A DNA stretch of 44,304 bases from Candidatus Heimdallarchaeota archaeon (GTDB lineage Archaea > Asgardarchaeota > Heimdallarchaeia > Heimdallarchaeales > Heimdallarchaeaceae), in the NCBI GenBank assembly GCA_021399345.1, contig JAAFKI010000170.1, positions 1-44,304 of the forward strand, in the 5' to 3' direction. A model generated the notes under the pieces. That model saw only the letters and a program-made list of their open reading frames with translations, searched no databases and was not told the DNA's origin. Made by a program: the position numbers and the translations under genes. This document shows positions 9,556-18,879 of this stretch, in pieces (the first letter of the stretch is position 1; each line of letters starts with the position of its first letter).

Positions 9556-12150
9556 TCATTGTTCCTTTAAGTAATAATCAGGAGAAGTTACAAATCTATT
9601 CTCATCATCAGCATCTCCTACTTCAAAATCAGTGTAAATTTCTTCCATAATTTCCTTATCACTTATGTCCGCTAATATTTTACGCTTATCAACTGAAATG
9701 ATTCTGCTTAATTCTATGGTTTTCGGATTGAATTTTTCCATTGTTTCTTCCATTTGAGTGAGGTTTCCGATTTTGCCTATGAGATTCATAAAGGTCATCA
9801 CAATGTCAGGTCTGAGTGCAACTTGTGGAGCAATACTCAGTTGTTTGCCTATAGAAATAGCTAAGTTGTCGATGAAATTCTGATCTTTCTCAAACAGAGA
9901 AGCTGGACGATCGCTGATGAAGGATGCAATTAATAATAAATCAATTGATGTCCATAAATAGAGGAAGGGTTTTTCCATTAGTTGTAAATTATATACAATG
10001 CCAATTTCTGTGCCTTTGACGTTTTCAACTACTTTACCTTCTAAATCAAATATTTCATTTAACTCAAATGATGGAGCACCGTAACTAACCTGAATCATAT
10101 TACCAATCTGCCTAACATTGCCCATCGAATATAGTGAGAATTTAGAATTTTCTACTTTTTCAGGGAGAATTCCTGAGTTTTTCTCAATTAAAATACTTTT
10201 CAACATTTCAATGTTATCTATTTCATCTTCAGTTCTGCCGTATTCTTGTGCAAAATCTTCTAGAATCTTTTTCTTTTTATCTCGGAGAGATAATTTAGTT
10301 CGAGAAATGAGAGGTTGGTTGTAAACATCATAAAAGAAATCATAAATTATTCCGAAAAGATCAGCAGATACTTTCTTCTTCTCTACGACAAGGAAGTATC
10401 CTTTCATAGGATGATATATGACAGAATGAGCCTTACCAATTGCTTTTCCAAAAACATTTCTTGCAGCAATATCTTTGTTTTCAGTAATTTTATCATTAAT
10501 CATATTGCTCTCTGCTGGATTGAAATAAGGAAGTAAATCACCTTTTTGGATAATGTCTTGACTTTTTATTCTCATTTCTCTTGCTGTTTTCTCTGTCTTC
10601 TCAATTGGAACAAATAGATAATTTTGAGGTTGAAGAATTATATCAATTATCTCATCAGTTAATACTGAACCCTTAATCTTACAATATTCGATAATCGCTT
10701 CTGGTATTAAATATGTAAAAGGCATTTGTGGTATATTTTTAGGTAGCTCATTTAACAGAAATTCCTTTTTCTCTTTTTCATTTTCTAGTTCAGCTTCTCC
10801 ACTGATTGGTAAAACTATATTATCGTAAATCCTTCTGACCATAGAGAGTGATAACTCTTGTTGTTGCCTTAGAATTATACCAAATTTCTCATTTAGTTGT
10901 CCTGGACCGACCACAAAACCAACTAAATCCTTTTGTTCATCAATAACAGGTTTACCAGAATATCTCCAAAGAGCTTTAAGTTCTGATAACAGCTGATAAT
11001 CTATTTCCCTACTTGAAGCACTAGTTGCAACTGTTAATTGATTGCGAAATTGTAGGGCACTAATAATTTCACTATATTTTTGAATACGATTTTCTGTTTC
11101 AAGTGTTAGATCTTTGAAGTATGGAGTTATTATTTCTTGATACTGTAGATGCTCTCCATAAATTACATCCAGAGCATCCAAATCTTTAGCATAATCGTTA
11201 ATATCTTCATCTAATAGCTCTTCATAAATTTCGAGTTGTTTGATTTTTCTTGTTAATTCATTAATTTGAGCTTCAGAAATTTCATCTATGTTGTTCTCCT
11301 TGAAAAGTCTGAAATTTTCTCTTTCCTGTTGAATAATAACCTTCCATCTTAGAGTATCTTGAGCGGCTTTTCGGAGAATAGGTCTATGTCTTAACACTCT
11401 TTCATTAATATCATAGATTATTCCCTTCAATTCTTTTTTATCAGTAACTAAACGTCTTAACCTATTGATGTTTTCACTCAATTCATTGTTAAAAAGGAGA
11501 AAATTATTGTGAGTGTTTTTGTATAAATGTTCTGTGCTAACAGAAAATAATAACTCAGATAATTTGTAAAAGTGTTGAAAGATTTTATGTTGCTTGGCTT
11601 CAACTTCATTCTTCTTCAACATATATTCCTGGTCATCAAGTTTACCAGACACATATTCTTGCTCCCAAGCCATCTCCTCTTCAAATGTCTTTGTAGCTGC
11701 TTTTATAGCCATATTCATAACATATCTTACTTTTAATTCTTCAATTTCAATGGGAGGAATTTCTTCAAGCTCAATAATAGGAATTTCAGTTGCTTTAACG
11801 ATTTCGACTTCAGTTGGTACAAACACTTCTTCTGTTTTAATTTGAGGTTCACCAGTTTCAGTTTCGGTTTCGGTTTCGATTTCGGTTTTTGCTGGTATTA
11901 ATATTTCTCCTCTATGAATTTGATGTATGTCCTGTTCAACTTCAGGTAATTTTTGTTTAGTTTCTTCTAGTTCTTTCTTTTCCTCATCTGCAGTAATAGT
12001 TTTTGGAAGATTTGCTAGAAGTTCCTTATATTTGTTTTTTAAAGTTTGATAGGTTCTTCTATCAATTGAACCACGGATGTAACGTAAATCTAAATCTCTA
12101 ATAAATCGGAGAATACGTCTTCTCTTAACGTTTACTTCATCGTCTAACAT
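9556..12150 (-). CDS. Large protein with CdvA/SHOCT-like helical motifs, coiled coil and three PRC-barrel-like repeats
   Basis: Helical motifs LRYIRGSIDRRTY and EYVSGKLDDQEY. Three motifs of the GxxVxD/NxxGxx(I/V)GxV type, each closed by a downstream beta-strand pair. Confidence 0.6.
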   Translation of the reverse strand: MLDDEVNVKRRRILRFIRDLDLRYIRGSIDRRTYQTLKNKYKELLANLPKTITADEEKKELEETKQKLPEVEQDIHQIHRGEILIPAKTEIETETETETGEPQIKTEEVFVPTEVEIVKATEIPIIELEEIPPIEIEELKVRYVMNMAIKAATKTFEEEMAWEQEYVSGKLDDQEYMLKKNEVEAKQHKIFQHFYKLSELLFSVSTEHLYKNTHNNFLLFNNELSENINRLRRLVTDKKELKGIIYDINERVLRHRPILRKAAQDTLRWKVIIQQERENFRLFKENNIDEISEAQINELTRKIKQLEIYEELLDEDINDYAKDLDALDVIYGEHLQYQEIITPYFKDLTLETENRIQKYSEIISALQFRNQLTVATSASSREIDYQLLSELKALWRYSGKPVIDEQKDLVGFVVGPGQLNEKFGIILRQQQELSLSMVRRIYDNIVLPISGEAELENEKEKKEFLLNELPKNIPQMPFTYLIPEAIIEYCKIKGSVLTDEIIDIILQPQNYLFVPIEKTEKTAREMRIKSQDIIQKGDLLPYFNPAESNMINDKITENKDIAARNVFGKAIGKAHSVIYHPMKGYFLVVEKKKVSADLFGIIYDFFYDVYNQPLISRTKLSLRDKKKKILEDFAQEYGRTEDEIDNIEMLKSILIEKNSGILPEKVENSKFSLYSMGNVRQIGNMIQVSYGAPSFELNEIFDLEGKVVENVKGTEIGIVYNLQLMEKPFLYLWTSIDLLLIASFISDRPASLFEKDQNFIDNLAISIGKQLSIAPQVALRPDIVMTFMNLIGKIGNLTQMEETMEKFNPKTIELSRIISVDKRKILADISDKEIMEEIYTDFEVGDADDENRFVTSPDYYLKEQ
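11855..11888. repeat. Imperfect hexanucleotide repeat (GTTTCR) encoding a Glu-Thr low-complexity tract
   Basis: gtttca gtttcg gtttcg gtttcg atttcg within the CDS, giving TEIETETETET. Confidence 0.6.
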
Positions 12151-12290
12151 TCTTAATAGAATTAAAGATTGTACGTATTCAAATATGTTCCTAAATTACC
12201 CAATTGAAAAATATCTAGAACGATAGGTATAAACTAATCTACCCGTAAGAAAAATATTTAATACTATAAGGAATAAATTAATTTAGAAAT

Positions 12291-12295
12291 GGTGA
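12291..12295 (+). promoter_or_regulatory. Archaeal Shine-Dalgarno GGTGA of the profilin gene
   Basis: GGTGA 7 nt before ATG 12303; the same motif precedes the genes at 6606 and 16968. Confidence 0.6.
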
Positions 12296-12302
12296 AAGAA
12301 TC

Positions 12303-12662
12303 ATGAGTTTTCAAGACGATGTTGTAGTAGCTGCACAGGAAGGAACCGTTGGAGTGGTTTGGTTAATTGGGGATGATTTGAAATGTTATTATCAATATGG
12401 TGACTGGGCTGTTGATCCTACAATACCTTTCGATTCGTGGAAAAATCAAAAACCAAGCGTTGATTTTGGCGGAGGTTTAAAATTTACAGTGATCACAATG
12501 TCTCCTGAGAGATTGATCTCAACCAATATGGGAGGTCAAGGACATTTAATTGTTGCCCGTTGTCCAAAATGGGCAGGTTGTGTAATTTCTTGGTGTCCAG
12601 CCACTATTCAAAAAGACATAGCTTATGCTACTACAGCAAGACTCGCGGCCAAAGTAGCTTAA
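12303..12662 (+). CDS. Asgard-type profilin (actin regulator)
   Basis: 119 aa. GLKFTVITMSPERLISTNMGGQGHLIVARCP resembles the Asgard profilin core as I recall it (GIKYxVVxxxxERxIxTNxxGxGHxxxxP); QxGDW in the N-terminal half. Confidence 0.8.
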   Translation: MSFQDDVVVAAQEGTVGVVWLIGDDLKCYYQYGDWAVDPTIPFDSWKNQKPSVDFGGGLKFTVITMSPERLISTNMGGQGHLIVARCPKWAGCVISWCPATIQKDIAYATTARLAAKVA

Positions 12663-12684
12663 TTGGGATTCAATTGGTGTTTTT

Positions 12685-12987
12685 TTGATTTCACATCCGT
12701 CTATTGAAATTAGGAATGAAGAAATTTTTTTATCAATTAGAGTTCATCCAAAATCTTCAGTAAATAGGATTGATGTTACTGATTTTTCGATAGATATCTA
12801 TGTTAAGGAGCCAGCAGATAAAGGAAAAGCAAATAGATCAGTATTAAGTTGCTTAGCTAAAACATACAAAATTCCCTCCTCTTCTCTTTCTATTTCTCGA
12901 GGGTTAAAGTCCAGAAATAAAATAATTGTAATAAAGGATCAAAATAATGATTTACTTTTTAAGAAAATAATTGGAAAGCGTTTTTAG
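12685..12987 (+). CDS. DUF167/YggU family protein
   Basis: IRVHPKS, EPADKGKAN and GLKSRNK motifs. Confidence 0.9.
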   Translation: MISHPSIEIRNEEIFLSIRVHPKSSVNRIDVTDFSIDIYVKEPADKGKANRSVLSCLAKTYKIPSSSLSISRGLKSRNKIIVIKDQNNDLLFKKIIGKRF

Positions 12988-13550
12988 AGTTTCATCTTTT
13001 CAAATGCTCGGAGCAACTCATTTCTTTCATTAAACCGATTTTGTACGCTGCTACTCAGATTCATCAGAGATGCGATATTACCCTCTACTGTATCTAACAT
13101 CATCTCTTCCAGTTTGATTTTTACATCTACTATTTTATCTTTAAATTCTTCAGCGTTATCCAAAATATCTATTTCTAGTAAGTAGAGGATAGACAAATCT
13201 ATTCCATGCTCACCTTCAACTTCTTTTACATCAAAAAAAGTGCTGTATTTATAATCTGTGCTTGCTGTCTCTTTTCTCATATCTGAAACGATTTTCATGA
13301 CTATTCCTGCTGGACCCCAGCTTGTTAATAGTTGTGAATGGATTAGAAGTTCATGCACTTGACTCATCATGTCTCCAGTTTCCCTCATTATTGTAAGTAA
13401 TTTTGTTCTGAAAGCTACATCAGAATCTCTTCTTAGCTCTAATTCTTTGTATCCGTGATAGTTTTCAATATTCGTCCTAAGAATTTTCAGGGCCTCACTG
13501 GGTTTCTTTGAAATTTCTTCTTCAGACAAATTCTTTTTCTTACCGAACAT
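12984..13550 (-). CDS. Conserved hypothetical alpha-helical protein
   Basis: IENYHGYKELELRRDSD and YSTFFDVKEV...LYLLE resemble a widespread uncharacterised family (IPGyxGYxExExRRxxD), from memory. Confidence 0.6.
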   Translation of the reverse strand: MFGKKKNLSEEEISKKPSEALKILRTNIENYHGYKELELRRDSDVAFRTKLLTIMRETGDMMSQVHELLIHSQLLTSWGPAGIVMKIVSDMRKETASTDYKYSTFFDVKEVEGEHGIDLSILYLLEIDILDNAEEFKDKIVDVKIKLEEMMLDTVEGNIASLMNLSSSVQNRFNERNELLRAFEKMKL

Positions 13551-13572
13551 ATACTTTCACATGTAGTTTATC

Positions 13573-15336
13573 TTATTGCTTTAAATATATTGTGCGTATT
13601 TCATCATTTGTAGTGGCTTGTTCTGGAGCTTTGTCCTGTACAATCCTACCTGTAAATCTAGGAAATCTTAAAGCCAAACCGTCCATGTCGTTTTCTAATA
13701 AACCTCTTGAACAGGTGTGCATTTGACTTCTGGTTATTTCATCTCCTGTAACCTCAATGACTATCTTAGGGTAAAACCAGATACTGCTTTCAACATCACT
13801 TTGATATTCTTTAGGTTTCTCACTTTCAAGAGGTTTGAGTTCTTGAAAGAAAAATGCAAGATCTTCATCAGAGAATCCTGTTCCAATTCTAGTAAAGGTT
13901 TGATATACGCCCTCAATCTGATCATAACATCCTAGTAGGAATGTTCCATATTTTCCTGCACGTTTTCCTTTTCCATGTTCTGCCCCAAGTATCACTAAAT
14001 CAAAAGAATCAGACAATTTTGTATTGTATCCTGCCTTATATTTTACCCAATTCCACCCCCGTGCTCCAGCTTGATACACCGAATCTTTTCCAATACTTTT
14101 CCCCATAATTCCTTCACAATTATCTTGGAGTGCTTGATGGAAGAAAGCATCTATTTTATCAGAGTTGTCAGCAATTGCTTGATGGGAAAGCTTGATGTTA
14201 TTAGTTTCTCTAACTATTTTCTGTAGATTCTCTCTCCTGTCAAGATAGCTAAGGTCTAATCTGGAAGTACTATTGCTGAAAAGAACATCAAAAAGAAAAA
14301 CTCTAACAGGAATTTCTCGTATCTTTTGATCTATATCATGTTTTCTTTTTCTCTGGGAAACATGCTGAAAAGGCAAAATTACTTCTTTTTCGTGATCGAA
14401 TGCAACTATTTCTCCTTCTATAATAAACTCATTTTCTAGAGCAGCATTGTTAATGAAATCGATAACATCAGGAAATTGCTTAGTTATATTTTCAGTACTT
14501 CTTGAAAATAATTTCACTTTATTCTCTTTTTTGTGAATTTGAACTCTTAAGCCATCATATTTATACTCTAGAGAGCATTTTCCATTGAACCTTTCAAGTA
14601 ATTCTTCTGAGTTTGATACTCTTTGTGCTAGCATTACTTTAATGGGACTGAATACCTTTACTTCAATTTCCTTGACAGCCTCAAGACCTTCTTTATACAG
14701 AACTGATGAAACATAATCTAAATCTGAACATCTGTTGTAAGCTCTTTCCAAAAATTGCTTATTTTCTCTCGATCCAGTTTTTGCTTTAGAAAGCGCTTCA
14801 AGCAATAATTGTACTGCAACACCCGTTCTCAAATTTCCTGCAATCAATCTAGAGATATATCTTGCTTCCAGAGGTGTAACTTTAGATAATAAACCAGATA
14901 GGATTCTTATTTTCTTATCTGCTGATCCTTCACCAGAAGTTTGAGAAATTATATCAAGAATTTTCCAGACATCTACAACATCATATTTTTCAGTCTCTTG
15001 TTGATTTGTGAAATCTAATAGTGTCGATTGTGATTTATTATCTAGAAGTTTATGTGCTGTTTTTCCTAAATCTCCTATTTCATCTAAGAAGCTTAGAATA
15101 TTTTTCTCACTCTTACCAGTTGCTAAAGCTAGAGCTTTGATTGCCATTTTTTCTGCAAGCATTAATTCGATTCCAACAAAATCTGGATAAAGCTTACCCA
15201 AAGTTAATAGTACAATTTTACCTATTTCGCTCCCATCTGATTTGGTTAAGGTATTAGCTAAGATATCAACCATTTCTAGTTTCTTTTGTGTATTCTCTAA
15301 TTTAAAATAACATTCACATAAATCTTTGAACCTCAC
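13573..15336 (-). CDS. lig: ATP-dependent DNA ligase
   Basis: EYKYDGLRVQIH (motif I), IIEGEI, FLFDVL, EGIMGK, WVKYK, DLVILGA and LRFPRF. Confidence 0.97.
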   Translation of the reverse strand: MRFKDLCECYFKLENTQKKLEMVDILANTLTKSDGSEIGKIVLLTLGKLYPDFVGIELMLAEKMAIKALALATGKSEKNILSFLDEIGDLGKTAHKLLDNKSQSTLLDFTNQQETEKYDVVDVWKILDIISQTSGEGSADKKIRILSGLLSKVTPLEARYISRLIAGNLRTGVAVQLLLEALSKAKTGSRENKQFLERAYNRCSDLDYVSSVLYKEGLEAVKEIEVKVFSPIKVMLAQRVSNSEELLERFNGKCSLEYKYDGLRVQIHKKENKVKLFSRSTENITKQFPDVIDFINNAALENEFIIEGEIVAFDHEKEVILPFQHVSQRKRKHDIDQKIREIPVRVFLFDVLFSNSTSRLDLSYLDRRENLQKIVRETNNIKLSHQAIADNSDKIDAFFHQALQDNCEGIMGKSIGKDSVYQAGARGWNWVKYKAGYNTKLSDSFDLVILGAEHGKGKRAGKYGTFLLGCYDQIEGVYQTFTRIGTGFSDEDLAFFFQELKPLESEKPKEYQSDVESSIWFYPKIVIEVTGDEITRSQMHTCSRGLLENDMDGLALRFPRFTGRIVQDKAPEQATTNDEIRTIYLKQ

Positions 15337-15352
15337 CTTTATCAGACCTAGG

Positions 15353-16765
15353 TTATCTTTTCTTGCCTTTTTGATCTTTCATTTCCAGAACAATTTCACT
15401 AATCAGATGAATAAGATTTGCACTTAAAACATCAAGACTATTTTTAAGTTCTCGAACAGCTTGAGTAAGATCATCAATCTTTTGCATTTGTTCTGCAGGT
15501 TGAACTTTCTGCACTTCTGTATCTACTTGTAACTCCTGATCAAAAACAATGAGATCTTTCTCAAATTGATCCATTTCAGGAGTTCTAGGTTCTGGTATAG
15601 AAGTAATGTCACCTTTAATTACAGATTTTGCAGCTTTTTTGCGTTTTTCCTTCTTACTTTTATCGCGTTCTTCTTTTTCACGAATTCTTTCCAAATAAGG
15701 TAGGATTTGTGCGTAATCTATTCCTTCTCTGCGAGCCATATCTGTCAGGAGAATGTCACGATATCCAGGATCTTCGATTTTCAATTCATCTATATCTTTC
15801 TCTAATTCCTGAATTACTGCAATTGATTCGTAAACATTTTTGATAGGAGCTTTTATTTCTGGTTCCCTTTCAACAGTTTTTGTAGCTTTGACTTCTTCTT
15901 TCAATGATTTCATGGCTTTTATAACTTCAGCCTTGACTGTATCGGTTTCTCCTTTAGAAAGAGCTTCCTTAACCATATCAAGTTTACTCACAGATTCAAA
16001 AGGTTCTTTTTTGGCTTTTTCTTTGATATCTATTTTTTGTTCAGTTTCTTCTATATCTTCTTCAGTTTCTTCTGCAGACTCTTCATCTTGTTTTGTAAAT
16101 GTTGGCGGAACTGATATATATTTGAAAAGGTTTTTAGCAAAATTAGAATTATCTTTTAATTCAATTCCTGATTTGGAATCTGATAACAATTGGTATGAAC
16201 CACATACAAAAACTGTTCCTAAACCATAAGACGAAATACACATAACAGCAGAACTTGGAGGATCGCTTGTTTTTTTTGTTCTAGCTAGTTCCTCTACTCC
16301 TTCTTTGAAATGCAGGGAGCAACTGGAAACCACTGTTATCTCACTAAGACCTTCGGTAATTGGGTGCTTATAGAATTTTGAAACAATTACATTACTTTCT
16401 AATTCTAAATCAAAGTTTTGGTAATCAAAAATTTGATTAGCTACGATTTCCACATTAAAATGTTTGAGTAGTGTGTTTAGATTAGTATTTAATCCCTTAT
16501 CTCCTCCTGCATTAGTGAAAACTGCTAATGCTCCTCCCTCATCAACAAATCTTAACAATGCTTTAACTTCATGACCCATAATCTTTGAACCATCAGGACA
16601 TAAGAAAACAAATATATCAAATTTGGAAATGTTTGAATATTTTATCGGATATGAATCATGTTTACTTATTTCATGTCCTTCATCTTCGAGTATGTTTGAT
16701 AGCTTCTGAAAATTCTCAAAAATTTTTCCTCTCTCTTTTTGAGTTTCATCGAAAAGTATTTTCAT
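15353..16765 (-). CDS. GIFT-domain (IFT52/GldG/DUF4350-like, class I GATase-like fold) protein with C-terminal charged/coiled-coil region
   Basis: KILFDETQKE, FVDEGG, GGDKGLNTNLNTLL, HPITEG, GTVFVCGSYQLLSD and DNSNFAKNLF; no signal peptide. Confidence 0.7.
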   Translation of the reverse strand: MKILFDETQKERGKIFENFQKLSNILEDEGHEISKHDSYPIKYSNISKFDIFVFLCPDGSKIMGHEVKALLRFVDEGGALAVFTNAGGDKGLNTNLNTLLKHFNVEIVANQIFDYQNFDLELESNVIVSKFYKHPITEGLSEITVVSSCSLHFKEGVEELARTKKTSDPPSSAVMCISSYGLGTVFVCGSYQLLSDSKSGIELKDNSNFAKNLFKYISVPPTFTKQDEESAEETEEDIEETEQKIDIKEKAKKEPFESVSKLDMVKEALSKGETDTVKAEVIKAMKSLKEEVKATKTVEREPEIKAPIKNVYESIAVIQELEKDIDELKIEDPGYRDILLTDMARREGIDYAQILPYLERIREKEERDKSKKEKRKKAAKSVIKGDITSIPEPRTPEMDQFEKDLIVFDQELQVDTEVQKVQPAEQMQKIDDLTQAVRELKNSLDVLSANLIHLISEIVLEMKDQKGKKR

Positions 16766-16967
16766 TTATTCACCCAATTTATTATTATTGCTTTAGAGAC
16801 GTATCCCCGAGTACATTAACCTTATTTAACTATACTAACTGCTTAATAAATAAAAGGTTGCTGTTGGTATTTTTATACGAAAAAAACCTATTAATTCTAT
16901 GAAAAATATGTTTTCATGCAGTAAAGGATAAAAAGGACTAGAAAAATAGTATTTATCCGGTGATTTA

Positions 16968-17822
16968 ATGTCTAGTATTGATTTTGGAAAACTAAAGGAA
17001 ATGGCTTCAACTAGATTGGATATAATAATTCTTCATTCTCAAAAAGGTGGGCCAGGTAAAACAACTCTATCATGTAACATAGCTCATGAACTTGCTAGAA
17101 GAGGGAATAAAACCATTTTAATTGACTTAGATATAGCACAGCCAACAATTCAGCACATCTTTAAAATTCCAGATAAGAAGATTAAACATACAATAAATGA
17201 TATTCTTATGGGAAAAAAGAAAGTCAGTGAAGATGTAGTTCTTGAGACAAAGAATCCTAATTTGCATCTAATTGTAGCAAAGGAAAATGTCGAATATGGT
17301 GAAGGCTTGCTTTCACTTCTTGAAGACATTCAACAGTATTCTTTCTTTGCTCTACATGAAATGACAAAATTTCTTAAAAGAATGGGATTTAGATACGTTG
17401 TTTATGATTTAGCCCCTGGTTACAGAATGGAGTCAGTTAATGCTGCAGCCATAGCAGATGCTCGAATTTTTGTAATCAGACCTTCCACTTTCAGCTTTGA
17501 AGGAGCAAAACAGATGTTAAGAGACATTTACAAAAAATTAGATATAAGATCTCTTAGCTTCTTTATATTTAATCAATTACCCCCAAAATTAAAAGCTGAA
17601 AATCAGAAATTATTGGAAGAATGGAAAGACGAACTTATAAAAATCTATAAACCAGATAAAATCACCTTTCTAGATTTCTTGCCAATATCATTCGATGTCA
17701 TGGAATTGGGGATAAAAGGAGAGTATATCTTTCCTGAAGATTCATTTCTTTATGAAAAACTATCTGAAATGGTAGACAAAGTAATTCAAGATATTGACGA
17801 AATGAAGAAAAACAAGGTTTAA
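16968..17822 (+). CDS. MinD/ParA family P-loop ATPase
   Basis: Deviant Walker A KGGPGKTT, LIDLD and YDLAPG. Confidence 0.88.
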   Translation: MSSIDFGKLKEMASTRLDIIILHSQKGGPGKTTLSCNIAHELARRGNKTILIDLDIAQPTIQHIFKIPDKKIKHTINDILMGKKKVSEDVVLETKNPNLHLIVAKENVEYGEGLLSLLEDIQQYSFFALHEMTKFLKRMGFRYVVYDLAPGYRMESVNAAAIADARIFVIRPSTFSFEGAKQMLRDIYKKLDIRSLSFFIFNQLPPKLKAENQKLLEEWKDELIKIYKPDKITFLDFLPISFDVMELGIKGEYIFPEDSFLYEKLSEMVDKVIQDIDEMKKNKV

Positions 17823-17894
17823 TTTTGCTAAAACATTTGAAATTTCGCGATTCTTATATGAAATTTTATAATAGCTAAAGTAAACTGTAGTATT

Positions 17895-18878
17895 ATGAGC
17901 CTAATCAAGAAATTTCAATGTCCCCATTGCAATGCTCCAATGGATGTTAATCCTGAGGACGCAATTTTTAACTGTGTATCTTGTGGACAAGCAGTTCTAG
18001 CGGATGGATCTAAATTTGATAATCATTACATCCTAAGGAATACGCTCAATCAGAAAAAGATACATGATATTGTGAAGGAGTTAATTAGGAAAAAAGGGTT
18101 CATGAGGGGAATTAAAGGTTACAAGATTACAAACATTACCCCAACATTGATGCCTTTTTGGGTCGTAACTTCTGATGCATATACCCATTTTGTGGGATAT
18201 CTCAGATATACAGAAACAAGAACTAGAACAGTTGGTACTGGGAAAAATAGACGTACAGTAACTGAAAGCGTTACAGTCTACCGACCAATCGATAGAGAAA
18301 TAAGAGAAAAACGTGCAGATGTTTTACTTGGGAGGAGAGGAAGTTCAATTTATGGATATGATAGAGTAAAAAATATCATTAGAGCAGAGTTTTCAAATGC
18401 AGTTCAATTTAACCATGATCATTTACTGGCCGATGAGAAAGAATTCAACTATCTTTCATCAGAAATAGATTTAGATGCAGCAAATCAACTAGGTAAAACT
18501 ATTGTTTTTGATAATCATAGAGCTCAAGCAGAGAGAGCTTGCACTAAAGTTTTCGATTGCGCTACACAATTAACCTACTCTGGTACTTATTTCTTACATG
18601 CTCCAGTTTGGCAAGTAGAATATGAGTTCAAGGGAGAAACCTACAGAATAGCTATTTTAGGTAGTTCTGGGAAAATAATAATAGGAGAAATTCCCGTTAC
18701 AACAATTTTTAGAATTATTTTTCTCTCGCTAACAGTACTAATTCTAGGCGGAGCTGGAGTTTTGAGTTACTTCTCCCAGACTTTAGTTTATGTGCCTATA
18801 ATAGCAGGAATTGTTGCGGCAGCGATAGGATTCTTTACGCTTAAGAATACTTTCAAACCTAAATCGGTGGTGGACTAA
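17895..18878 (+). CDS. Zn-ribbon membrane protein (YdjG-like), paralog 1
   Basis: CPHC...CVSC, LMPFW, LHAPVW, GxxGKIIIGEIP and two C-terminal TM helices. Confidence 0.7.
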   Translation: MSLIKKFQCPHCNAPMDVNPEDAIFNCVSCGQAVLADGSKFDNHYILRNTLNQKKIHDIVKELIRKKGFMRGIKGYKITNITPTLMPFWVVTSDAYTHFVGYLRYTETRTRTVGTGKNRRTVTESVTVYRPIDREIREKRADVLLGRRGSSIYGYDRVKNIIRAEFSNAVQFNHDHLLADEKEFNYLSSEIDLDAANQLGKTIVFDNHRAQAERACTKVFDCATQLTYSGTYFLHAPVWQVEYEFKGETYRIAILGSSGKIIIGEIPVTTIFRIIFLSLTVLILGGAGVLSYFSQTLVYVPIIAGIVAAAIGFFTLKNTFKPKSVVD

Positions 18879-18879
18879 A

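Noticed and set aside
11855-11888. Hexamer repeat as a contingency locus or CRISPR remnant
   Set aside because: In-frame, short and imperfect; explained by an ET low-complexity linker; no spacers.
12984-12987. 4-bp convergent stop-codon overlap
   Set aside because: Common in compact archaeal genomes.
15628-16902. Several + strand ORFs (71, 129, 105 aa)
   Set aside because: Antisense to the GIFT-domain gene. The Ser/Phe-rich composition is the reverse complement of Glu/Lys codons, and the same applies to the other short antisense ORFs in the track.
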